A stretch of DNA of 64,000 bases, from contig OZ241841.1 in NCBI GenBank assembly GCA_965202665.1, positions 1,568,001 to 1,632,000 on the forward strand. Reading direction: 5' to 3'. This document shows, one piece after another, positions 29,565-39,474 of the stretch. Source of the stretch: Candidatus Spongiisociaceae bacterium. GTDB lineage: Bacteria; Actinomycetota; Acidimicrobiia; Spongiisociales; Spongiisociaceae. The stretch's first letter is position 1. Each line of letters opens with the position of its first letter. The notes under the pieces are model-generated. The model did no database searches. It was not told the origin of the DNA and was given only the letters and a program-made list of their open reading frames with translations. The translations under genes and the position numbers were made by a program.

Positions 29565-29650
29565 ACTTCCTCCGGCATGATTGTCCTTTGGCGTCTCCTA
29601 GTCTAACCCTGGGAGCGAGTTCCCGTCGGAGGGCTTGGGCGGGGGGTGGG

Positions 29651-30577
29651 TTAGCGGGCGGCGGTTTGCACCATTTGCTTGAAGCGGGGGATGTTGATTT
29701 CCTTGATTACTTCGCAGTTGGGGGGGCGGCCGGTCACTCCTAGGGAATCCACCACCGACATTCCCCTGGTCAGGGGGCTTTCCGCCTCCACTTCCACGTA
29801 GTGGCGGGCGGAGGCGGTTACCACCCCCTCTTTGTCCAGCGCCACCGCCATGGCCGTCGGGTCGGGCAGCTCCAGTCGGTCGGAACCCGACTGTTCTTTT
29901 ATGGCGGCGATGGCGGCGGCGTTGCAGTCCACGAAGAAATGGCCCAGAGGGGTGTCCAAATCTTTCAAAGCCCGCTGTTCGTCCCCGTCCAGACCGGCCT
30001 CCCCCCGGCAGATCTCCCAGGGGACCATCTCCAGCGGCAGGCCGGAGGCGAACACGGCCGCCGCCGCATGCGGGTCGAACCACAGGTTGAATTCGGCGGC
30101 CGGGGTCACGTTGCCCACCGCGTTGGCCGTCCCGCCCATAACCACGCACCGTCCCGTCTTCTCCACAATGTCCGGGGCCTGGCGAACCGCCAACGCCACG
30201 TTGGTGAGCGGCCCCAAAGTGACCAGAACGGCCCCCGGATGGGCCCGGATGGCATCGATCAGCCCCCGCACTCCGTCCAACGGTTCCGGCGCCCGTTGCG
30301 GCGGCGGATAGCCCTGATCGCCCAAACCGTCCTCCCCGTGGAACCAGGTGGCGAACCGGGACTCCGCCAGCAACGGCCCGGCCGCCCCGACGAACACCGG
30401 AACCTCCGACCCGCACAACTCCGCCGTGTACAAGGCGTTGCGGGCGGCCTGTTCCACGGGGCAGTTGCCGGCCACGGCGGTGATGGCCGCCACCTCCACA
30501 TCGGGGCGGCGCAGGGCCATCGCCAGGGCCACCGCGTCGTCGGAGGCGGTGTCGGTGTCGATGATCATGGTCGTCAT
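29651..30577 (-). CDS. Nucleoside hydrolase (IU-NH family)
   Basis: IIDTDTASDD, HGEDGLGD, LGPLTNVA, AEFN. Confidence 0.93.
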   Translation of the reverse strand: MTTMIIDTDTASDDAVALAMALRRPDVEVAAITAVAGNCPVEQAARNALYTAELCGSEVPVFVGAAGPLLAESRFATWFHGEDGLGDQGYPPPQRAPEPLDGVRGLIDAIRAHPGAVLVTLGPLTNVALAVRQAPDIVEKTGRCVVMGGTANAVGNVTPAAEFNLWFDPHAAAAVFASGLPLEMVPWEICRGEAGLDGDEQRALKDLDTPLGHFFVDCNAAAIAAIKEQSGSDRLELPDPTAMAVALDKEGVVTASARHYVEVEAESPLTRGMSVVDSLGVTGRPPNCEVIKEINIPRFKQMVQTAAR

Positions 30578-30594
30578 CAGGTTCTGGTTCCTTC

Positions 30595-31500
30595 CTATTC
30601 CGTTCCTGTTCCCGCAGTCGGACGAGGCGGGAAAGCCCCGTCCAGTTGGGCCCGGGAGGCCAAGCCGTCCAGCGCCCCCCGGCGGGTCACCGCGTACGCC
30701 CCCGCCCGCAGGCCCAGTTCCACCCCGGCCTCCAAACCCGCTTCCGCCAGGCCGACCGCCAGCCCGGCGTTGAAAGCGTCGCCCGCTCCGGTGGCGTCCA
30801 CCGCCTCCGCCGGACGGGCCGGAAAAGAGACCGAACCGTCCGGCCCGTGCCGCACCGCCCCCTCCGCCCCCAAAGTCGCCACCACTTGCACTCCCCGTTC
30901 CGTCATCTCCCGCACCGACCCCTCCCGGGTCAGTTCGGCCAGTTCGGACTGATTGGGCGTCAGCACATCGGCCACCTCCCACGCCCCGGCGGGCAACGGG
31001 GCGGCCGGAGCGGGATTCAGAACCACTTTCGTTCCGTGCGCCCGGGCGATTCGACCGGCCCTGATGAAAGCCTCCACCGGGGTTTCCAGTTGGGCGAGCA
31101 ACACGTCCGCCCCGGCGATGATCTCCCCGCGTTCCTCCACCATCTCCGGGGTCACCGCCCGGTTCGCCCCCGGGGCCACCGCAATCTGGTTCTCTCCCCG
31201 GTCGTCCACCACGATCAGGGCCACCCCGGTCGGTTCGTCCATCACGGCCAAACCCGAATCGTCTATTCCCTCCCGTTGGAGAAGGGCGCGGGCGGCCCGC
31301 CCGTACTCATCATCGCCCACCGCTCCCAGAAAAGCGGTTTCCGCCCCCAGCCGCCGGGCGCCGACGGCCTGATTGGAGCCTTTGCCCCCCGGACCTTGGA
31401 AAAAAGAGCGGCCCAGAACGGTGCGTCCCGGGCCGGGCAGGACGGGCGCGGCCACCGCCAAATCCATATTAAAAGAGCCGAGCACCGCTACCGAAACCAT
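30595..31500 (-). CDS. rbsK: Ribokinase
   Basis: GSFNMDL, GGKGSNQA, DATGAGDAF. Confidence 0.92.
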   Translation of the reverse strand: MVSVAVLGSFNMDLAVAAPVLPGPGRTVLGRSFFQGPGGKGSNQAVGARRLGAETAFLGAVGDDEYGRAARALLQREGIDDSGLAVMDEPTGVALIVVDDRGENQIAVAPGANRAVTPEMVEERGEIIAGADVLLAQLETPVEAFIRAGRIARAHGTKVVLNPAPAAPLPAGAWEVADVLTPNQSELAELTREGSVREMTERGVQVVATLGAEGAVRHGPDGSVSFPARPAEAVDATGAGDAFNAGLAVGLAEAGLEAGVELGLRAGAYAVTRRGALDGLASRAQLDGAFPPRPTAGTGTE

Positions 31501-31552
31501 CCCGCCAGACTAGCCGCCGCCCCTCCGCCCCCCGTTTCCGCGCGGCGGGGGG

Positions 31553-32773
31553 TCAGCCGGCCGTGGCCACCTTTACCTCTTGATAGCCGCGGATGGCGAA
31601 GCCGTCCTCCCGTTCCGGTTCGGCGGCCAGCGCCAGACGGGGGAAGGCGGACGCCAGGCCTTCCACGGCCGCCGCCAGTTCCATACGGGCCAGCGGGGCC
31701 CCCAGGCAGAAGTGGGCCCCGCCTCCGAAAGTGATGTGGTCGGCGTCGCCCCGGTCCACCAGAAACTCATCCGGGTCCCGGTAGCGGCGGGGGTCCCGGT
31801 TGGCCGCCCCGAACAGCATCGCCACCTCGTCCCCCACCGGAAGCGGGCGTCCGGCTATCTCCACCCCCTCCTCCAAAACGAACCGCTCGAACATCTGCAA
31901 AGGCGGGTCGAAGCGCATCATCTCTTCGATGGCGTCCGCCGCCGCCGTCTCCCCGGAAACCACCCGCGGCCAGGCGTCGCCGCGCCGCAGCATGGCCGTC
32001 ATCCCGTTGCCCAAAGTGTTGACGGTCGCCTCATGCCCGGCGTTCAGGAGCAGAATCACCGTGCTGACGATTTCGGCTTCGCTGAGCATCCCCTCCTCCG
32101 TTTCGGCCCGGCACAGGGCGGTGATCAGGTCGTCCTCCGGCTGAGCCCGGCGGCGGGCGATCAACTCCCTGGTCCAAGCGGCGAAATCCCGGGAGGCGGC
32201 CGCCGCCGCCCGGGCCTGTTCGGGGGTGGTGTGCATCTCGTACATTTTCACGATGGCGTGCGACCAGGCCAGAAGCAGGCCGGCGTCGTCGGTGGGCGCC
32301 CCCAGCAGGGCGGCGATCACCCGTACCGAAAAAGGTTCGGCGAAGTCGGACAGCAGGTCGAAGGCGGGACGGTCCGCCAAATCCTCCAACAACCCCCGGG
32401 CGATGGCCGCGACCGGCTCCCGCAGGTCCCGCACCCGCCGGGGGGCGAAAGCCCGGCTGACCAGCCCCCGCAACCGGGCGTGCTCCGGCCCTTCCAGCAT
32501 CAGCAGCGAATGCCGCTCCACCGCGTAATAGGATTCCCAGTCGTCCACTTCCAGTTCCCGGAGCGGGCGGAAGTCGGCGGGCCGGGCGTGTCCGTCCCGC
32601 ACCCGGCCCAGCCTGCGGTCCAGTTGCGCCGCCCGCACATCGTCGTGCCGGGTTATCAACCACAGATTCCAGTCCGACTCCCAATGCAACGGCCCCGCCT
32701 CCCGCAGGGCGTTCAAAGTCGGGTAGGGGTCTTTGATGAAATCGGGATCGGCGGGATCGAAGAAGACGGGCAT
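31553..32773 (-). CDS. Cytochrome P450
   Basis: AGHEAT I-helix, EEMMR (ExxR), FGGGAHFCLG haem motif. Confidence 0.95.
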   Translation of the reverse strand: MPVFFDPADPDFIKDPYPTLNALREAGPLHWESDWNLWLITRHDDVRAAQLDRRLGRVRDGHARPADFRPLRELEVDDWESYYAVERHSLLMLEGPEHARLRGLVSRAFAPRRVRDLREPVAAIARGLLEDLADRPAFDLLSDFAEPFSVRVIAALLGAPTDDAGLLLAWSHAIVKMYEMHTTPEQARAAAAASRDFAAWTRELIARRRAQPEDDLITALCRAETEEGMLSEAEIVSTVILLLNAGHEATVNTLGNGMTAMLRRGDAWPRVVSGETAAADAIEEMMRFDPPLQMFERFVLEEGVEIAGRPLPVGDEVAMLFGAANRDPRRYRDPDEFLVDRGDADHITFGGGAHFCLGAPLARMELAAAVEGLASAFPRLALAAEPEREDGFAIRGYQEVKVATAG

Positions 32774-32781
32774 CCCGGGAT

Positions 32782-33687
32782 CTAAGAAAAGTCGGCGGCG
32801 GTGGTCCTCGGCGACGACGGCCGCAGATCCCGGCCCCAGAATCTGATCTCCGCCAGGGCCAACTCATCAAAAGCGGCGTTGCCTCCCACATCTTCGGAAG
32901 GATGGGTGGAGGTGATTCTGATAACCAGCTGGGTGGTTTCGGTGGTGGGGGTGGAAACCACCAGCGGGCCGGTGTTTTCATTGTTAAGATTTTCCACGAA
33001 CTGCACGCCGGGCGCATCGTTGGGGGTGATTTCCACGCCGTTGATTCGGTAGTTTCGGCGGAAGCTCAGATTATCGGCCACATTCCAAAACTGGACTTGC
33101 GTAAGTTGCACCGCGGTGGGGAAAGTTATGGTGAACATCGCCCCCACTCCCCGCAGGCTGTTGTCGTTCCAATAGGTGGCGGTGTCGCCGTCGATCAGGT
33201 TTTCGCACCGTAAACGTTCGCTGTATTCGGATGAACACACCACGCTCACCGGGATAATTTCCTGGACCGGGGCCGCCTCTTCCACCACGGTGCTGGTGGT
33301 GGAAGTGTCCTCCGCCCCCGGCTCTTCAGGGTCGTCGCCGCCCCGGATGGCCAGCCAGATGAGGGCCCCCCCCACCACAACCGCCAACACCACCGCGATG
33401 GCCGCCAACGCCCGGCTTCCGGCGCTTACCGAAGGGAGAGGGGCGGGCGCCACCGGAGTCCGCCCGTAAAGCACCAGCTGGGCCCCGCATTCCTCGCAGT
33501 GGCGGTTGGAGGATATTTGAACGGCGGCGCAGGAAGGGCAGGACACCGTGGCGATGTCGTCGTAACCCTCGGGGTGGTCGTCTTCCTCTTGTTCTCCGTA
33601 GTCCCAGGACTGCGGATCCAAATTAAATTCTTCGAAGTCGGGGTCCCGGTGGGAATGTTCCCAGCCTTCTCCGTTGCGGTCGGTCAA
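32782..33687 (-). CDS. Membrane protein: zinc ribbon, TM helix, discoidin/galactose-binding-like domain
   Basis: CPSC...CEEC; one hydrophobic span; NLIDGDTATYW...LAEIRFW. Confidence 0.75.
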   Translation of the reverse strand: MTDRNGEGWEHSHRDPDFEEFNLDPQSWDYGEQEEDDHPEGYDDIATVSCPSCAAVQISSNRHCEECGAQLVLYGRTPVAPAPLPSVSAGSRALAAIAVVLAVVVGGALIWLAIRGGDDPEEPGAEDTSTTSTVVEEAAPVQEIIPVSVVCSSEYSERLRCENLIDGDTATYWNDNSLRGVGAMFTITFPTAVQLTQVQFWNVADNLSFRRNYRINGVEITPNDAPGVQFVENLNNENTGPLVVSTPTTETTQLVIRITSTHPSEDVGGNAAFDELALAEIRFWGRDLRPSSPRTTAADFS

Positions 33688-33889
33688 TCCAATACACTCC
33701 CTGCCGGTTGAACGTCCCGCTTATGTTAGTTGTTTCCCGCCCCTTTTTGCCAACAAGCGCCGTCCAGCGGATTTCACCGCCCGTTTTCGCCCCCGGGCGG
33801 GGCGTCCGGCGGGCGCGGCGCAGCGCCGTTTTGCATTAATATGCGGCAAGGCGGAACCACCGTTGGCGGACGACTAACCTTGTGAACCG

Positions 33890-34939
33890 ATGACCGAATC
33901 TTCCAAACTGCGGGATGTTCTCAGCCGGGTCGCCCCCGGCGCTCCGTTGCGTTCCGCCATGGAACGAATCGTGCAGCAAGGCCAAGGGGCCCTGATAGTC
34001 CTCGGGTGGGACGAGCAGATGGAGAAAATCTCTTCCGGCGGCTTCCGGCTGGCCGATGTCAATTTCACCCCGGCCAAACTGGCGGAGTTGGCCAAGATGG
34101 ACGGGGCCATCATTCTGGACGACGCCTGTGACTACATTTTGCGGGCCAACGCCCACCTCTTGCCCGACCCGTCCCTGGAAACGGATGAGACGGGCGCCCG
34201 GTTCCGCACCGCCCAACGACTGGCCCGGCAAACCGGCCGTCCGGTGCTGGCGGTAAGCGAAGAGAGGGGGAGCATTACCGTTTTTTGCGGCGATGACAAG
34301 CGGGAGTTGCCCATAGCCGCCGAGTTGCTGGCCTTGGTCAACCAGCATTTGCATACCCAGGAACGGTGCCGCAACGCTCTGGAGAAAGCCCGGGCCCATT
34401 TGGACCGTTTGGAGATCAGCGACAACGTTACTTTGTACGAGGTGGTGACCGTTCTGCATCGGGCGGAGATGGTGCGGAGGGTGGGGGAGCAGATCGACTT
34501 TTTGAAAGTGGGGCTGGGGCGGGAGTCGTATTTGGTGGAACTGCCGCACGCCAACCTGGCCGAAGGGGCCGGTGAACTGTTGGAACTGGTGGCGCGGGAC
34601 TATGTGAAAGGCGGCAAAGCGGGGGCCGCACGGGCCCTGCGGGACTTGCGGGTGATGTCGGCCGATGATCTGCACTATCCGGAACGGGTGTGCTCCCAAC
34701 TCGGTTTGGATCATCCCGCCACCGAGGTGCGCCCGCTGGGCCACCGGATGCTGAGCGATGTCCCCCGGTTGCCCGCCGGGGTGCGGGAGGCGCTGGTGAA
34801 GCATTTCCGCGACGCCCGCAAAATGCTGGTGGCCTCCATCGAGGATCTGAGCGCCGTGTCCGGAGTGGGGGAAACCCGGGCCAGGGAACTGCGAAAACAC
34901 TTGGACCGGATGAAACGGATAGCCCTGGCCCCGGACTGA
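33890..34939 (+). CDS. disA: DNA integrity scanning diadenylate cyclase DisA
   Basis: ELAKMDGA, ETGARFRTA (RHR-like), C-terminal HhH VSGVGETRA. Confidence 0.93.
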   Translation: MTESSKLRDVLSRVAPGAPLRSAMERIVQQGQGALIVLGWDEQMEKISSGGFRLADVNFTPAKLAELAKMDGAIILDDACDYILRANAHLLPDPSLETDETGARFRTAQRLARQTGRPVLAVSEERGSITVFCGDDKRELPIAAELLALVNQHLHTQERCRNALEKARAHLDRLEISDNVTLYEVVTVLHRAEMVRRVGEQIDFLKVGLGRESYLVELPHANLAEGAGELLELVARDYVKGGKAGAARALRDLRVMSADDLHYPERVCSQLGLDHPATEVRPLGHRMLSDVPRLPAGVREALVKHFRDARKMLVASIEDLSAVSGVGETRARELRKHLDRMKRIALAPD

Positions 34940-34991
34940 AAACCGACAACGCGCCGGTAATTCGCAAACGGTGTTACAATATGGGGACAGA

Positions 34992-36917
34992 ATGACGACT
35001 CGAACCCCCACTCGCGCCTCTTCGTCCCGCAGTTCCGCCCCCGCCCCGGCCAAAGCCGCGGGGAAAACCGGGGCTAAAAAGGCAACCGGCGGCGCCGCCG
35101 CCCGTCGTCCCGCTACCCGGAAAACCGCCGCCAAGTCAGGCGCGGGGTCGAAAACCCCCGTCCGCAAGGCACCGGCCCAGGCGGCCCGCAAGACGGCCCC
35201 GGCGAAGAAAGCGGCGAAATCCGCGGCGGCCAAAAAGCCCGCTCCGGCGAAGAAAACCCCAACCGCGAAGTCGGCGTCGGCGGCGAAGGCCCCGGCCAAA
35301 AAAACCCCCGCATCCAAAGGCACCGCCCCCAAGACTCCGGCGAAAAAACCGGCGGCGGCGAAAAAAGCCCCGGTTAAAAAAGCGGCTACGGCCAAAGCCC
35401 CGGCCAAGAAGGCGTCGGCGGCGAAGAAGTCTTCAGCCAAGCCTGTGAAGGCTTCCTCTAAGGCAGCTGGTAAAACAACCGCCAAGGCGGCATCGGCGAA
35501 GGCCCCGGCCAAAAAGGCGGCGAAGAAAGCCCCGGCTAAGACTCCGGCGGCGAAGGCCAAGACCCCCGCAAAGTCGGTTGCGGCGGCAAAGGCCCCGCCT
35601 AAGAAGGCCGGTACGGCATCGGCGAAGGCCCCGGCTAAAGCGACCAAGACTCCGCCTAAGGCGGCCGGCAAGGCAACGGCTAAGAAGGCCCCCGGCGGCA
35701 AGTCGGCGGCGGCTAAAAAAGCTCCGGCAAAGAAACAGGTCGCGGCGGCCCCCAAATCCGGTGCCGAAAAGCCCGTCTCCAAGAAGAAGCCCGCCCCCAA
35801 GCCGGTTGCCAAAAAGGCCCCGGCTCGGAAACCGGCCCCTAAAAAAAGGGTTCCCCGGTTTTCGGTGGGGGACAGGGTGGCGCATCCCCGGCATGGGACG
35901 GCCGTCATCACCGGCGTGAAGCAGATTGAAATCGACGGGGAGAAGCGGGACGGTTTAGTGTTGGGCGTTTTCGTGGAGCAACTCACCGTTCCGGTTCCGA
36001 CGGGCGGCGACGATCAGGCCATCCGTCCGATTGTTTCCAAGACGGCGGCGGGCAGGGTGTTGCGGGTTTTGAGGGACGAGCCGCAGGAAGCGGACAGTGA
36101 CTGGAGGGTCTGGTACAAGGCATTGGGCGAGAAGAAAGACTCGGGGGATATTTTTCAGGCGGCGGAGGTGGTGCGCGACCTGACCCACGCTAAAAACCAA
36201 AAACGCATTTCCGATACTTTGAAGCGGATGTTGTCCGAATCCCGCCGGGCGCTCATCGGCGAAATCGCATTCGCCTTGGAAATCGGCCAAGAAGAGGCCG
36301 CGGCGCGGGTGGACAAGGCGCTGATGGTTCCGGCAAAACCCCCCGCCCCCCCCAAGCCGGCTGCCAAGAAGGCCCCGGCTCGGAAACGGGCCCCCAGGAA
36401 GCAGTCCCCTAAGAACAGGGCGTCCCGGTTTTCGGTGGGGGACAAAGTGGCGCATCCCCAGCATGGGGTGGCCGTCATCACCGGCGTTAAGCAGATTGAT
36501 CTCGACGGGGAGGAACGGGACTACTTCGTGTTGGACATCTTCATTGAGCAACTCACCGTTTCGGTTCCGATGGACAGCATCGATCAGTCCATTCGTCCGG
36601 TCATTTCCAAGACGGCGGTGAGCAGGGTGCTGCGTGTTTTGCGGGATGAGCCGCAGGACGCGGGCAGCAACTGGAGTCGCTGGTACAAGGTGCTGGGCGA
36701 GAAGAAAGACTCGGGGGACATTTATCAGGTGGCGGAGGTGGTGCGCGACCTGACCCACTCCCAGAACCGGAAAGGCATTTCCCCGGCTTTGAAGCGGATG
36801 CTGTCCAAATCCCGCCAGATTCTCACCGGCGAAATCGCCTTCGCCCTGAACGTCGACCAAGAGGAGGCCGCGGCGCGGGTGGACAAGGTTCTGCCCTTGT
36901 CGGAGTCCCGGTCCTGA
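34992..36917 (+). CDS. carD: CarD-family regulator with Lys/Ala/Pro-rich H1-like N-terminus and two tandem CarD modules
   Basis: FSVGDxVAHPxHG twice; DWRVWYK/NWSRWYK; AEVVRDL twice; sits in the disA-carD-ispD-ispF-cysS-rlmB locus. Confidence 0.88.
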   Translation: MTTRTPTRASSSRSSAPAPAKAAGKTGAKKATGGAAARRPATRKTAAKSGAGSKTPVRKAPAQAARKTAPAKKAAKSAAAKKPAPAKKTPTAKSASAAKAPAKKTPASKGTAPKTPAKKPAAAKKAPVKKAATAKAPAKKASAAKKSSAKPVKASSKAAGKTTAKAASAKAPAKKAAKKAPAKTPAAKAKTPAKSVAAAKAPPKKAGTASAKAPAKATKTPPKAAGKATAKKAPGGKSAAAKKAPAKKQVAAAPKSGAEKPVSKKKPAPKPVAKKAPARKPAPKKRVPRFSVGDRVAHPRHGTAVITGVKQIEIDGEKRDGLVLGVFVEQLTVPVPTGGDDQAIRPIVSKTAAGRVLRVLRDEPQEADSDWRVWYKALGEKKDSGDIFQAAEVVRDLTHAKNQKRISDTLKRMLSESRRALIGEIAFALEIGQEEAAARVDKALMVPAKPPAPPKPAAKKAPARKRAPRKQSPKNRASRFSVGDKVAHPQHGVAVITGVKQIDLDGEERDYFVLDIFIEQLTVSVPMDSIDQSIRPVISKTAVSRVLRVLRDEPQDAGSNWSRWYKVLGEKKDSGDIYQVAEVVRDLTHSQNRKGISPALKRMLSKSRQILTGEIAFALNVDQEEAAARVDKVLPLSESRS

Positions 36918-36940
36918 ACCCGCCGGGACGCGTCCCGCAA

Positions 36941-37549
36941 ATGTGGGGGATCGTGGTTGCCGCCGGTTCCGGTTCCCGGTTCGGCGGCCGCAAGCAAGAC
37001 GCCCTCTTAGACGGCCGTCCCCTGTGGATGTGGGCCCGCGACGCCTTGCTGGCCGGAGGGGCGGCGCAGGTCGTCGTGGTGGGGACGGAGGACGGCGCGC
37101 CGGGAGGCGAACGGCGGCGGGATTCGGTTGCGGCCGGGTTGGCGGAGGTTCCCGCCGAAACGGATCTGATTGCGGTGCATGACGCCGCCCGCCCTTTGGC
37201 CCCCGCCCGCCTGCTGGCCGCCTTGGCGGAGGCCCTGCGGACGGAGCAGGCGGATGGGGCGGTGCCCGTCCTGCCGATAGTCGACGCCGTCAAACAGGTG
37301 CGGGGCAATCTGGTGACGGCCACCCCCGACCGGTCCGGCCTGGCCTCCGCCCAGACACCGCAGCTGTTCCAAGCGGGGGCGTTGCGGGAGGCCCACGCCC
37401 GCTATCCGGGCGAGGCCGCCGACGATGCGGCAATGGTGGAGGCTTTGGGGGGGCGGGTGGTCGCGGTCCCGGGGGAGCGGGCCGCCTTCAAAGTGACTTT
37501 TCCGGAGGATTTGCGGTTGGCCCGGGCCTGGTTGGAGGCGGGTCGGTGA
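36941..37549 (+). CDS. ispD: MEP cytidylyltransferase
   Basis: VAAGSGSRFG, VHDAARP, AQTPQ, KVTFPEDL. Confidence 0.93.
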   Translation: MWGIVVAAGSGSRFGGRKQDALLDGRPLWMWARDALLAGGAAQVVVVGTEDGAPGGERRRDSVAAGLAEVPAETDLIAVHDAARPLAPARLLAALAEALRTEQADGAVPVLPIVDAVKQVRGNLVTATPDRSGLASAQTPQLFQAGALREAHARYPGEAADDAAMVEALGGRVVAVPGERAAFKVTFPEDLRLARAWLEAGR

Positions 37550-38034
37550 CGGCCGGGTTGCGGGTCGGTTTCGGCTTGGACGTCCATGCCTTGGGCGGCG
37601 CCCCCCCTTTGCTGTTGGCGGGGGAGCCGGTCGACCGGACTAAAGGGCTGATAGGCGATTCGGACGCCGATGTTTTGTCCCACGCGGTGGCCGACGCCCT
37701 GTTGGGGGCGGCCGGGCTGGGCGATCTGGGGGATCATTTCCCCTCCGGGGACCCGCGCTGGCGGGGGGCGGCCGGGCTGGACCTGTTGGGCCGGGCGGCG
37801 GAGATGGCCGCCGGGGAAGGCTGGTCGGTGGTGAACGCGGACGCGGTGGTGGTGGCGCAGTCGGTGCGCATCCAACCCCATCGCCCGCGGTTGCGGGCCA
37901 ACCTGGCGGGGGCGTTGCGGACGGAGACGGAGCGGGTGTCGGTGAAAGCCACCACCACCGACCGGTTGGGGGCGATGGGCCGCGAGGAGGGGGTGGCCGC
38001 CTACGCCGTCGTTCTGCTGACCGGGGGGGAGTAG
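37546..38034 (+). CDS. ispF: MECDP synthase
   Basis: RVGFGLDVH, SDADV..HAVADALLGA, SVKATT. Confidence 0.94.
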   Translation: MTAGLRVGFGLDVHALGGAPPLLLAGEPVDRTKGLIGDSDADVLSHAVADALLGAAGLGDLGDHFPSGDPRWRGAAGLDLLGRAAEMAAGEGWSVVNADAVVVAQSVRIQPHRPRLRANLAGALRTETERVSVKATTTDRLGAMGREEGVAAYAVVLLTGGE

Positions 38035-38064
38035 GGCCGGGGGGCGACCGGTTAGCCTGGCGTT

Positions 38065-39474
38065 GTGATTCACCTTTACAACACTTTGGGGCGGAGGCTC
38101 CAGCCTTTGCGGCCTTTGGAACCGGACCATGTGCGAATGTACGCGTGCGGTCCCACCGTGCAGTCCGAACCTCATCTGGGACACGGGCGGAGCGCGGTGG
38201 CCTTCGATGTGATACGGCGCTACCTGATGTGGCGCGGTTTCCGGGTGACTTTCGTACGCAACGTGACCGACGTGGACGACAAGATTATCGAAGAGGCCCG
38301 TCGTCGGGGGGCGCCTCCGGAGGAGCTGGCGGCGGAGATGACCGCCCGTTTCCGGGAAACCTTTCAGGCGTTGAACGTTGCGCCGCCGGATGCGGAACCG
38401 GCCGCCACCGACCACATCGGGGAGATGCTGCAAATGATCGCCCGGTTGGAGGAGCGGGGCTTGGCCTACCCGTCCGGGGGCGATGTCTATTTCCGAGTGC
38501 GGGAAATGGATGATTACGGAAAGTTGTCGGGCCGCAATCCGGACGAGTTGCTGGCCGGGGCGCGGGTGGAGCCGGGGGAGGCCAAGCGCGATCCGCTGGA
38601 CTTCGCCCTGTGGAAGGGGGCCAAGCCGGGGGAGCCGTTTTGGGAGTCGCCTTGGGGGAAGGGCCGCCCCGGATGGCACATTGAATGTTCGGCGATGTCG
38701 GCCCGGTATTTGGGGATTCCGTTTGACATCCACGCCGGGGGGGCGGATTTGATTTTTCCCCATCACGAAAACGAAATCGCCCAGTCGGAGGGGGCTTACG
38801 GCGAGACTTTCGCCCGCTACTGGTTGCACAACGGAATGGTGAACCTGCAAGGTGAGAAAATGTCCAAATCCACCGGGCTGCTGATCGATTTGGCCGGGGC
38901 TATTGAGCGGTCGGGCGGGGCGGCCCTGCGCCTCTTTTACCTGCGGGCCGCCTACCGCTCCCCTTTGGAGTTCTCGCCCCGGCATTTGGATGAGGCGGAG
39001 GCCAACCTGGAGCGCCTGCGGGCCTTTCGGCGCCGCAGCCCGGCCGAAGGCCCCCCCGACCCGGCGGTGATGGCCCGTTTCACAGAAGTCATGGATGATG
39101 ATTTCAACACCGCCGAAGGGCTGGCGGTCCTGTTCGAGGCGGTGCGGGAAGGCAACATCCGCTTGGACCGGGGACGGCCGGCGGGCGGCCTGGCGGCGGC
39201 CGCGGCCGAAATCGCCGCCGTGCTGGGGGTCGTTTTAGACGGGGGCGAAGGGGGGGATAGCGCGGAGGAATCCGCCGGGTTGCGTTCTTTGGCCGGGGTT
39301 TACGACGTAACCGGGGACGACCCCGAAAAGTTGCTGGCCGGGTTGGTGGCGGCGCGTAGCCGGGCCCGGGAGGCCCGGGATTGGGAGAGGGCGGACGGGA
39401 TACGGGAGGGGCTGTCCCGCCTGGGCATCGTCTTGGAGGATTCAGCTGGTGGCACCCGCTGGCATAGGAGCTAG
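38065..39474 (+). CDS. cysS: Cysteine--tRNA ligase
   Basis: CGPTV, HLGH, GRPGWHIECS, KMSKS. Confidence 0.98.
   Translation: MIHLYNTLGRRLQPLRPLEPDHVRMYACGPTVQSEPHLGHGRSAVAFDVIRRYLMWRGFRVTFVRNVTDVDDKIIEEARRRGAPPEELAAEMTARFRETFQALNVAPPDAEPAATDHIGEMLQMIARLEERGLAYPSGGDVYFRVREMDDYGKLSGRNPDELLAGARVEPGEAKRDPLDFALWKGAKPGEPFWESPWGKGRPGWHIECSAMSARYLGIPFDIHAGGADLIFPHHENEIAQSEGAYGETFARYWLHNGMVNLQGEKMSKSTGLLIDLAGAIERSGGAALRLFYLRAAYRSPLEFSPRHLDEAEANLERLRAFRRRSPAEGPPDPAVMARFTEVMDDDFNTAEGLAVLFEAVREGNIRLDRGRPAGGLAAAAAEIAAVLGVVLDGGEGGDSAEESAGLRSLAGVYDVTGDDPEKLLAGLVAARSRAREARDWERADGIREGLSRLGIVLEDSAGGTRWHRS

Noticed and set aside
33836-35986. 716-aa hydrophobic minus-strand ORF
   Set aside because: Antisense shadow of disA and the Lys/Ala-rich carD region
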